Shown here one piece after another: positions 49,481 through 57,474 of a DNA stretch of 57,474 nucleotides (position 1 is the first letter of the stretch; every line of letters starts with the position of its first letter). The DNA is from an uncultured Dehalococcoidia bacterium (lineage in GTDB: Bacteria > Chloroflexota > Dehalococcoidia > Lucifugimonadales > UBA3495): NCBI GenBank assembly GCA_950072105.1, contig CATMOE010000017.1, positions 1-57,474 of the forward strand, read 5' to 3'. The notes under the pieces are model-generated. The model did no database searches. It was not told the origin of the DNA and saw only the letters and a program-made list of their open reading frames with translations. A program made the translations under genes and the position numbers.

Positions 49481-49509
49481 TTGACTTAACGTGGTGACTG
49501 GCATAGATT
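49481..49509 (+). promoter_or_regulatory. Sigma70 promoter
   Basis: TTGACT-N17-TAGATT upstream of 49592. Confidence 0.55.
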
Positions 49510-49591
49510 CTCATCATCCCTGTCCCACGACGCTCGAAGCAACCAGCAGTGTAACCTTTGTATCATAAGGGCCGAGAGGATAAGCCATCCT

Positions 49592-49960
49592 ATGGCGGAA
49601 GACCTCCAAGCAGATAACGAGAAGAAGGACCAAGAGAAGCTGGAGTTCACTCCCGAAGGGGAGGTACTGGGCTACATCTCCATGGACCAGGCCAGGGTCC
49701 TGGCCCTTCGTACCGCCAGGGAGAACACTGACTTCTACGGTCCTACCTATTCCGACCAGGGATTCGTCCAGGAAGAACCGAGCGCGGAAGAAGGGGAGGA
49801 CTATTACCGGGTCCGGCTCAGCTACCGCCCGGCAACGGAGTTTAACGGGACTCCCGGTGTAGAGCTCTTCATCATCGACAAGGTCGGCGAGATAGAGTCG
49901 CGCCAACTCCTTTCCTCTCCCAGACCGAAAAGCGTTATGCTGCCGGCCCTGGCGGCGTGA
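49592..49960 (+). CDS. Hypothetical protein
   Basis: 122 aa, RBS GAGAGGA, ISMDQARVLAL motif loosely PepSY-like. Confidence 0.7.
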   Translation: MAEDLQADNEKKDQEKLEFTPEGEVLGYISMDQARVLALRTARENTDFYGPTYSDQGFVQEEPSAEEGEDYYRVRLSYRPATEFNGTPGVELFIIDKVGEIESRQLLSSPRPKSVMLPALAA

Positions 49961-49996
49961 GGAATTCGGACTAAAACGAAGAAGGACGTGCGTGAA

Positions 49997-50896
49997 ATGA
50001 AATTTGGCGTTTGCATTCCCCACTACGGCAGGCCCATAGACATAGACGCGCTGACGAACATGGCGGTCCAGGCCGAGCAGATGGGTTTCGATTCAGTTTG
50101 GGTTACCGACCACATCATCGTGCCCCACCAAATCCCCGGCCGTCAGGACATCGTCTACCGTCACGATATGTTGGAACCCATTAGCCTTTTGACTCACCTT
50201 GGCGCCGTGACCACCAAAGTGAACATAGGCACCAGCGTGGTCATTTTGCCCTATCGGAATCCGATCATCCTGGCCAAGGCCATCGCCACCGCCGATGTGC
50301 TATCCAAAGGCCGGGTAATCTTCGGCGCCGCCGTGGGGTGGATGGAAGGGGAGTTCCAGGCCCTGAACGCGCCTTTCGCCGACCGTGGACGGGTTAGCAA
50401 CGAGTATCTCGCGTTGCTGAAGGAGCTCTGGGCTAACCCAACGCCGGCCTTTCAAGGTGAGTATTTTCAATTCTCCGACGTTACCTTTTCGCCCATGCCC
50501 GTCCAGAAGCCGCATCCGCCGATTTGGGTCGGCGGCAGAAGCCGGCGGGGGGTACGCCGGGCGGTGGAATTTGGCGACTACTGGCACCCTTCCCAGATGG
50601 GGCCGCAAGAAGTGGCGAAGAACGCCGCTTACATGCGCCGGTACTCGGCCTCTGTGGGCCGGGCGGAGCCGCCCCAATTGTCCTGCCGGTTAACTCTGAA
50701 CATTTCCGGAACGCCCGGCGGCGATGACCGGCTCCCATTGCATGGTACCGTGGAGGACATAATCGGCGACATACAGGCTTACGGCGAATCTGGCGTCAGT
50801 CACATCGCCATGGAGATTGCCGGCGAAAGCTTCGCCGAAAAATTCCGGGTCATGGAGCGGTTCATCAACGAGGTCATGCCTCACGCACCTGTCTAG
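49997..50896 (+). CDS. LLM-class (luciferase-like) flavin/F420-dependent oxidoreductase
   Basis: MKFGV, GFDSVWVTDH, PYRNP, GWMEGEF, PVQKPHPPIWVGG. Confidence 0.92.
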   Translation: MKFGVCIPHYGRPIDIDALTNMAVQAEQMGFDSVWVTDHIIVPHQIPGRQDIVYRHDMLEPISLLTHLGAVTTKVNIGTSVVILPYRNPIILAKAIATADVLSKGRVIFGAAVGWMEGEFQALNAPFADRGRVSNEYLALLKELWANPTPAFQGEYFQFSDVTFSPMPVQKPHPPIWVGGRSRRGVRRAVEFGDYWHPSQMGPQEVAKNAAYMRRYSASVGRAEPPQLSCRLTLNISGTPGGDDRLPLHGTVEDIIGDIQAYGESGVSHIAMEIAGESFAEKFRVMERFINEVMPHAPV

Positions 50897-50943
50897 TACT
50901 ATTTCTAAGTGGGTTTGACCAGCCGCTTCGCAGTCACGATGTA

Positions 50944-51355
50944 CTAGGCTGCCCCACCGCTTTCGGCCAGCAACCGGGCCGCTTCAGCCAGCGCACCTAC
51001 CTCATCCTCGGTGTTGAAAAAGTGCAAGGAGGCCCGCACGCAGGAGGGAAGGCTGACCCTTCGGACAGCGATGCGGTTCCGCTCCCAAAGATGGGCGACG
51101 GCCTGCTCGGGCTCCACTCCCTTGATCGCGAAAGTGACCAACCCCGAGGAAACCCGCCGGTCGGTCGTGGCAATGGGAGCCCCGGAACTTCACTCACAGC
51201 TTCTAACACCGCCCGGTAGGTTATACCCCGACTTTTGACATTCTCAATGAGCGTAATATCGCCCTGTTCTACCTGGTGACCCTGAGGTGGGCGGACTTCC
51301 AACCCGAGAAGTTCGATGATTCTCGGGTTGGTGTAGTAGCCGTTGTAAGTCAAGC
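50944..51355 (-). pseudogene. Chimeric relic: gluconate-2-dehydrogenase subunit-3-like C-terminus joined to a class V aminotransferase C-terminus
   Basis: TYNGYYTNPRIIELLG..RPPQ, then after a frameshift SGLVTFAI..VRASLHFFNTEDEV; no PLP-binding domain. Confidence 0.65.
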
Positions 51356-51543
51356 CGCTAACCTGTAAGGCAGCCACTTGTAACTATCCACAACCATTGA
51401 TCCTCCAGCTCTCGGCCATACTCTACTTAGTGGTATCAATTGTTCGCGAACTAGCCGCACTTGTACCGCAACCGCTTTCGGTTGAACCGAAGGGCTGAAC
51501 TGGCTTCGGTTCTCTGAGGTGATTTCGTCCAATCGACACCACC

Positions 51544-53289
51544 TTAAAGGGGCACGATGGGCAGCGTTATGTGGGATGGGTGCTGGGAAGTGTGCAGCAC
51601 CGTCTGCATCGCGGGCTTGAACTCCGTGTCCTCAGCAATTGTGTTGCCAGTGTTGGTGTTACGGTCGAAACGTGGGAAATTACTGCTGGAGACTTCCACG
51701 CGAATCCGATGTCCCGCTTTGAACACATTGCTGGTAGCCCAAAGGTCGATGGTGTATTCGTAGACCTCGCCGGGCTCCAGTAAAGTTGGTGATGACATGG
51801 AATCCCGGTAACGGGCGCGAATAATGCCGTCGGTCAGGTTCCGGGCGCAACCGTCCTCGCAAACGTCCACCAGTTTCGCCGTGAAATCGGTGTCTTTGGC
51901 CGAGGTGACGGCAAACAACGTGACCGTTACGGGACCGGTAACCTCCACCTCCCGTTGCAGCGGCGGCGTGGAGTACACCAGAACATCTTCCCTGGCTTCG
52001 ATGGCACTCTGCTCGTAGGCACCGTTGGCGGCAAAGTAGGGATTGCAGCAGAGAGCACCGCCCCTGGTGGGCACCGGGTCCTCTGGATTGTAGAGGAACA
52101 CGTCCGGTGGCTCATTGGCGGGAGTTTCCGTGCTTAAACCGCCGTTTCCTTTTAGAGAGTTAGCCTTGCCCTGGCTGTGAAAATAATAGTTGGTGGCCTG
52201 AGCACGGGCCAAGGGCCACTCTTGCTCGTCCCGCCACACATTATCGCCCATCACGAAGATGCGCACCGGCGGTTCGTCCAAGATTCCGTTGTTCTCGCCC
52301 TTCAGCCAGTGGTCGTACCACCTAAAGTGGATTCCGTCCAAGTCCAAGGCCGCGGCGTCGGCCGCCAGACCGAAGTAATGGGTACCCACCAGACTGGTGC
52401 CCCTGGCGCCGTGTTGCCACGGGCCAATAATCAGCTTTTGGCCATTCCGGGCTTCCTCGGACCCTCCGTTTTTCCCCATACCGATGTAGTTGCGCAAGGT
52501 GCCACCCAAAAAGATGTCGTACCATCCCCCGATATTTAGGGCTGGGGCAGTAACACGCGAGTGGTGATCCTCAATGCACAGCTCCTTCCAGTAATCGTCG
52601 TAATCCGGGTGGGCGGCCCAGTCATAAAAATATTCTGCCAGTCCGCCCTTCAAGAAAGGAAACTCGCTAACCGGAGATGCCCGGAAGGATTCTTGCATAG
52701 AGTCGATGGCGCGAACAAGTTTGTCCCGGCTTTCCCGGGGCACGCTTTTCCCCGAGGCGATGTTCTTGAAGTTGGCCAGGGTTAGTTGCAGCATGGTCCA
52801 AGAAACGTTGAATCCCAGCTCAAAGGCGCCGCCCTGATAGGTCCAGCCCTCGTGGTAGTTGGAAGCAGTGACGTTCGGTGCGATGGCCGCCAAGTGAGGC
52901 GGTTGAGATATGGCGCTAAGCCATTGGGTGGCACCCACATAAGACGTGCCGCACATCCCAACCTTGCCTGTGGACCAAGACTGGGAGGCCGCCCACTCCA
53001 CGGTGTCGTAGCCGTCGTTGATGTCGTCCCGGAAGCAGTAAAACTCGCCCTCTGAGGTATAACGGCCCCTTGTGTCCTGGATGACCATGGCGTAGCCCCG
53101 TTTCGCGGCCTTTATCGGGTCCAGCATTATCATGGTCCCGGGAGTGCTTTTGTCATAAGGTGTGCGCTCCAGGATAACGGGAAAGGGTCCTGGGCCGTCA
53201 GGACGATAGACGTCGGCATGAAGGGTGACGCCATCCCTCATGATGACGGCCACATCGATTTCAATCTTGATGGTCTCGGGTTCAGGCAT
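51544..53289 (-). CDS. CocE/NonD family hydrolase
   Basis: MRDGVTL, RTPY, QDTRGRYTSEG, GTSY, GWYD, GPWQH, SSSNFPRFDRN. Confidence 0.94.
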   Translation of the reverse strand: MPEPETIKIEIDVAVIMRDGVTLHADVYRPDGPGPFPVILERTPYDKSTPGTMIMLDPIKAAKRGYAMVIQDTRGRYTSEGEFYCFRDDINDGYDTVEWAASQSWSTGKVGMCGTSYVGATQWLSAISQPPHLAAIAPNVTASNYHEGWTYQGGAFELGFNVSWTMLQLTLANFKNIASGKSVPRESRDKLVRAIDSMQESFRASPVSEFPFLKGGLAEYFYDWAAHPDYDDYWKELCIEDHHSRVTAPALNIGGWYDIFLGGTLRNYIGMGKNGGSEEARNGQKLIIGPWQHGARGTSLVGTHYFGLAADAAALDLDGIHFRWYDHWLKGENNGILDEPPVRIFVMGDNVWRDEQEWPLARAQATNYYFHSQGKANSLKGNGGLSTETPANEPPDVFLYNPEDPVPTRGGALCCNPYFAANGAYEQSAIEAREDVLVYSTPPLQREVEVTGPVTVTLFAVTSAKDTDFTAKLVDVCEDGCARNLTDGIIRARYRDSMSSPTLLEPGEVYEYTIDLWATSNVFKAGHRIRVEVSSSNFPRFDRNTNTGNTIAEDTEFKPAMQTVLHTSQHPSHITLPIVPL

Positions 53290-53319
53290 ATCTCACCCCC
53301 GTAGGAATTCGTCTTCGAT

Positions 53320-54078
53320 CTATCCTCGCCCGATGTAGGGCATCTTGGTGGCCATGACGGTCATGACCTGAACGTTTGTGTCCAAAGGCAGACTGGCCAT
53401 GTACACCACTGCTTGGGCCACATGTTCCGGGTCGAAGGTGGGCTCAGGTGCTATGGTCCCATTGGCCTGGGGAACGCCCGTTTTGAAGACCTCAGCCATC
53501 CCGGTTTCAGCGTTGCCGATGTCGATTTGGCCGCAAGCGATGTCGTATTTGCGACCGTCGAGAGACGTGGATTTGGTAAGCCCGGCGATGGCGTGCTTGG
53601 TGGCCGAATATGGAGCGGAGTTGGGCCTTGGCACATAGGCCGATATAGAACCGTTATTGATGATCCGTCCACCCATGGGGTCCTGGCTCTTCATGATTCG
53701 GAAAGCCTCCTGAGTGCACAAGAACGCTCCGGTCAGGTTCACGTCCACCACCGATTTCCATTGCTCGTAGGTTAGGTCTTCCAGAGGCACCGGAGGTGCG
53801 GTGGTCCCGGCGTTGTTAAACAGAAGGTCGAGGCGGCCGAACCGCTGCTTGGTCCTGGCAAACAGAGCTTGCACGGCGCCGGGGTCGCCCACGTCGGTCG
53901 GCACCACCAGCACCCGCGAGGCTTCCGTGCCAGCTTCTGCTGCGGTCGCCTCCAGGGGCCCCACCCGCCGACCGGCTAGGGTTACGGAGTATCCTTCCTC
54001 CAATAGAGCCAGCGCGGTCCTGTTACCAATCCCGGTCCCCGCCCCAGTTATGATGGCGACCTTCCCCTGTTCGCTCAT
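53320..54078 (-). CDS. Short-chain dehydrogenase/reductase
   Basis: [17 protein letters not shown]. Confidence 0.93.
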   Translation of the reverse strand: MSEQGKVAIITGAGTGIGNRTALALLEEGYSVTLAGRRVGPLEATAAEAGTEASRVLVVPTDVGDPGAVQALFARTKQRFGRLDLLFNNAGTTAPPVPLEDLTYEQWKSVVDVNLTGAFLCTQEAFRIMKSQDPMGGRIINNGSISAYVPRPNSAPYSATKHAIAGLTKSTSLDGRKYDIACGQIDIGNAETGMAEVFKTGVPQANGTIAPEPTFDPEHVAQAVVYMASLPLDTNVQVMTVMATKMPYIGRG

Positions 54079-54158
54079 CGCTCTTTTGCTCCTAAATTTT
54101 GGCTGAATAGCCCATTACTCTTGAAGTCATAAACCGGCCTGGCTCGCCGAGGGGGACC

Positions 54159-55052
54159 CTAGGCCTGCGCCGGGACCGGCACTCCAGGAATGTTGGTCCG
54201 AACCCGACCCAGCGTGTTGCGCGTTGTGAAAAACAGCGTTTTCCAATCCTCACCACCAAAGGCGAGATTGGTCGTGGCCGGGGCGCCGTGGACGATGGTC
54301 CCCAGGTGGTTGCCTGAGGAGTCCAATACCCACAATCCACCCGAACCTCCGCAATACACGTTGCCTTCCACGTCCACCTTCATACCGTCGGGAACTCCTG
54401 CCCTTTCCCCGGTCATGTCGCAGAAGACGCGGTCGGTGGCTAAGGCCAAGGTGCCATTGGGCTGCATATCGAAAGCGCGGATGTGACCACGGCGAGAGTC
54501 GTTGATGTACAGAATGCTCTCATCCGGAGAAAAAGCCAAACCGTTGGGAAGAACGAAATCCCGGACCAAGAGAGTGAGGGTGCCCAAGTCCGCAGAGACT
54601 CGGTAAACTCCCGCGAAGTCCAGCGCCATACCCGGAGCTGGGGCGCCGGGGTCGGTGAAATAGATGCTGCCGCCGGATTTTACCACTACGTCGTTGGGGC
54701 GATTTAATCTTTTGCCCTGATAATTGTTGGCTACGACCGTAAGACTGCCGTCGGGTTCCGTCCGGACAACCCGGGGAGTCCGGTCACAAGCTATTAACCG
54801 CCCTTGAACGTCTCGGGTGAGGCCGTTGGCGAAGTTGGTCGGCTCCTGAAAAACCGTTGCTCCGCTGTCAAGCTCCCACTTCATCCTCCGGTTGTTGCCG
54901 ATGTCACTAAAAAGAAGGTACCCTCCCTCCTTCCACCAAAGGGGACCTTCTGCAGGGCCGTTGTCGTTGCCGAAGCCGGCGGCCAGTTCTTCAATGGGTT
55001 GGTCCTGGGAAACGATGGACGCTAATGCTGGTGAGATTTGTTCAAAGGGCAT
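54159..55052 (-). CDS. SMP-30/gluconolactonase family protein
   Basis: AEGPLW, LNRPND, PNGLAFSPD, PDGMKVD. Confidence 0.93.
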   Translation of the reverse strand: MPFEQISPALASIVSQDQPIEELAAGFGNDNGPAEGPLWWKEGGYLLFSDIGNNRRMKWELDSGATVFQEPTNFANGLTRDVQGRLIACDRTPRVVRTEPDGSLTVVANNYQGKRLNRPNDVVVKSGGSIYFTDPGAPAPGMALDFAGVYRVSADLGTLTLLVRDFVLPNGLAFSPDESILYINDSRRGHIRAFDMQPNGTLALATDRVFCDMTGERAGVPDGMKVDVEGNVYCGGSGGLWVLDSSGNHLGTIVHGAPATTNLAFGGEDWKTLFFTTRNTLGRVRTNIPGVPVPAQA

Positions 55053-55164
55053 AACGGCCTCCTCAAGTTTCTTGATACTACGCCCGCAGGATATTTCCCG
55101 CAGGGAGTTGATTAAACCCTACCCACCATACTCCGCAGAGACTACATTTTGCGGCCCCCCATGC

Positions 55165-55332
55165 ATTCGGTTTGCGAGACACCGGAAGAATGATGCCACG
55201 AAGTCGGTGGCTCCGGCGCTGGCGAAATCGCGCAACTCGTGCTCCACCTGAGACTCGCTTCCGATGACTGTCATCCCGAAGGCCCCTCGATACCCTCAAC
55301 TTCCAACAGTCTCCGGTAGTTCGCGAATGGCT
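55165..55332 (-). pseudogene. Frameshifted C-terminal fragment of an LLM/F420-dependent oxidoreductase
   Basis: NYRRLLEVEGIEGPS then, in another frame, VIGSESQVEHELRDFASAGATDFVAS. Confidence 0.6.
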
Positions 55333-55379
55333 TGAGGGCACAGAGTCAAGCCCTGGAGCGACTACGGGGCTTCCGGAAC

Positions 55380-55847
55380 TTAGTTGTCCAAAGGGGCCGT
55401 CGCCAGACGGCTGGCCGCTGCCCGGACCGCGTCTCCGTCAAGTACAACGATCAGTTCGCCGTTCTCGTTGGTTTGGAAGGATGAATCCTGGTGGAAGTCT
55501 TTTACCAGTCGAGCGATCGCAGCTTGCTGGCCTTCAGCGAGTGGTGTGGCGGTATCGGGTGAGACGTCTAGGTGGACACGGATCTCCGCGGTGAGCAGTT
55601 CGATCTCCACGGCGACTCGTTGTATCTGGGAGATGCTTTCCAAGTGACGGCCCAGGTAGCAGCCGCCGAACTGCATGAACTCGCACTGTCGTTCTTCAAA
55701 CTCGCCCTGACTCAGGTACCTAGGCTCCAGTTCATGCTCCGTCAGGTAGTCGCGGACGTCCTGATCCTCGGAGTCTGGGTATTCCAGGTCAAAAGTCATG
55801 ATGACCCGGAACATGAAGAAGTCAGCGGGTTCGACTTTTATAAACAC
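55380..55847 (-). CDS. Hypothetical protein
   Basis: 155 aa, GTG start behind GAGGTG, protein-like sequence (FGGCYLGRHL). Confidence 0.7.
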   Translation of the reverse strand: MFIKVEPADFFMFRVIMTFDLEYPDSEDQDVRDYLTEHELEPRYLSQGEFEERQCEFMQFGGCYLGRHLESISQIQRVAVEIELLTAEIRVHLDVSPDTATPLAEGQQAAIARLVKDFHQDSSFQTNENGELIVVLDGDAVRAAASRLATAPLDN

Positions 55848-55907
55848 GCTGGTGTCACCTCTCTAGCGAATTCTTGATGCTGTCTGGATAGGTGCTTCGA
55901 CCGGTTC

Positions 55908-56235
55908 AGCAATTGTATTAAAGGTCAAGAGTTCTAGCCAATAGGCTTCCAATGACGAGGCTACTCGACCATCACATTGAGCACAGTCAGCATGTTCCGC
56001 ATTCGAGTGGTGAGCGCTACTTTCTTGGGCTTGCCAGCCCCCATAAACGTGGTAGAAGTCCCGGATCACCGTATTGTATCGGGTGGCGATCAATACCGCC
56101 ATGTAAAGGGCAGCTTTCGCACCTGGCCAGTCCCTCCTCACACCTTGCGTCTTTCCCCTAGGATTCCGCTGCCCCGGTCGAAGAGCGCCACACCCACAAA
56201 AGGGGCAATCTCCCCACTGTTCAAGACGATTGTTC
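55908..56235 (-). mobile_element. IS110-family element relic (transposase 3' end plus right end)
   Basis: Frameshifted pieces IAPFVGVA..DRGSG, ALYMAVLIATRYNTVIRDFY and AGKPKKVAL..MRNMLTVLN; terminus CTTGACCTTTAATACAATTGCT. Confidence 0.8.
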
Positions 56236-56326
56236 TTGGACGAATGTACAGACCTGCCACCAGCGCCAAAGTTCCCACCGGCTAACATCCAGGTGATCAT
56301 CGCTGGACGTCGACTACAATTGGGAG

Positions 56327-56746
56327 TTGGCTAAAGAGATAATGGCGATAATCGTCTATTCTATTGAAGACCGGCGTTATGGCCTCAGATACTTTACTCA
56401 GACCCGCGTCCGATATTCGAAGCCAATGGTACCTACAGGCTCTCGAAGGCCGTTCTCCAAGCTACCTAAGGCTCGTAACGAGATTCCCGGGTTCGCCGAG
56501 AATAAGCAGCGAACAATAAAGGAGATCGAACGTTGTCGAATAGACTCGACATTTTCCTTCGTTAGCGAGAATAAACGGTGGGCGACATCAACCCAGAACT
56601 TTATCTCTTGGAACCAAATGGCCTAGACGATCAAGAAAAGATCGCGGGTCTGCTGTTCGCTGAGGAGGAATTGGAGCCGTTGCCCTGATTCCTCCCCGAT
56701 CAATACACGATCTATGTTAATGAATACGCCACCGGGAGAGGTCTAG
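56327..56746 (+). pseudogene. Degraded hypothetical gene
   Basis: Protein-like text continues across frames and stops (MAIIVYSIED.. / DPRPIFEANG.. / VGDINPELYLLEPNGLDDQEKIAGLLF..). Confidence 0.4.
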
Positions 56747-56776
56747 GGGACCGGGCGATGGCTTCTGTTCGGATAC

Positions 56777-57105
56777 CTAATCGTTGCTACCCGTCTCCGG
56801 TAAGGAGGCTGATGCCGGTGCATCAGTTGCATCGGCGGCTTCATCAAGACTCATCCTAACCGGCCGTCGCACGAGGGGCGTTAGGATGATTACCATCAAG
56901 ATCAACACAAGCCCGGCTCCAGCGTTTATCCCGATGGCCAGGCCAATGCCCATGGCGCTGGCGATAGCCCCAATCTCAGACCCGCCGATCAAGTGTCCCA
57001 GGCCGTTAACCGTTCCTTGCGCTCCCATTACCCTTCCCCGTATTTCCGGCTGGGATTCCAATAACAAAATCGTGCTCTGCATGGTGCTGAACCCTCCCGC
57101 ATCTC
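56777..57105 (-). pseudogene. C-terminal fragment of an MFS transporter
   Basis: MQSTILLL..EIRGRVMG..GAIAS..; only the last TM helices are present and the upstream DNA is unrelated. Confidence 0.65.
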
Positions 57106-57474
57106 CCCGTCCACTAGGCCACATCGGTGAACATGACATGATGCCCCAAAATCAATGATGCTCTATATGTTAATGTTTCTTGCCTGTAAGAATGGATATG
57201 TGCCGCCTTGCGGATCGGGCAGCCCTCTTAACTTTTCTATTCATGCCCGGTGACCGGGTCCGCCGCGTGCGGCGGATGGTTCACCGCAGACATAATAAAC
57301 TCGCCGTACAAAATAATGCAGTGAGTGTCCCGCGATTCATCGGAACTGTGATCCACGCCACTAATGTCCAGCATCATCTCCTACTTGGCATCCGTCAATA
57401 CAACGTACCTTGTCTACAAAGCGTATATACCTTTTGGCCTTGAAAGTAGCATCGGGATATAAGCCGATTTCGCA

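Noticed and set aside
56578..56746. In-frame TGA (PLP*FLP) as selenocysteine, given selA
   Set aside because: No redox motif or evident SECIS, and the surrounding frame has other disruptions, so pseudogene decay is simpler
57180..57474. Window-edge ORFs
   Set aside because: No motif support on either strand; the sequence is truncated by the window end

Overview
Chromosomal segment of a GC-rich bacterium. Gene content and protein style suggest Chloroflexota/Dehalococcoidia, probably the SAR202 cluster; this is an inference, not a search result. Positions 1-48.9 kb are mostly core genes: endonuclease Q, an orphan His-tailed groEL, selA, an ECF sigma/anti-sigma pair with a SIMPL gene, ribD-ribE-ribBA, frameshifting prfB, two tandem CE7 esterases, plsY, thrS, a BrnT-type toxin-antitoxin pair, mdh, a CCG-anchored succinate dehydrogenase, an 11-subunit complex I without NuoEFG, rdgB, moaA, an RNase HI-MoaC fusion and tRNA-Met. 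After the tRNA comes a decaying accessory zone with an LLM oxidoreductase, CocE, SDR and SMP-30 genes, several gene fragments and an IS110 relic. The most notable signals are: (1) three families of short dispersed repeats, one sitting in frame inside rdgB and another apparently the CT-core target of the IS110 relic; (2) the RNase H-MoaC fusion; (3) a repeated GGAA(C/T)T-N16/17-CGTCA promoter motif that suggests the ECF regulon; (4) two alpha/beta hydrolases lacking the catalytic serine; (5) a strong promoter running straight into a terminator. All calls come from reading the sequence; no database searches were run.
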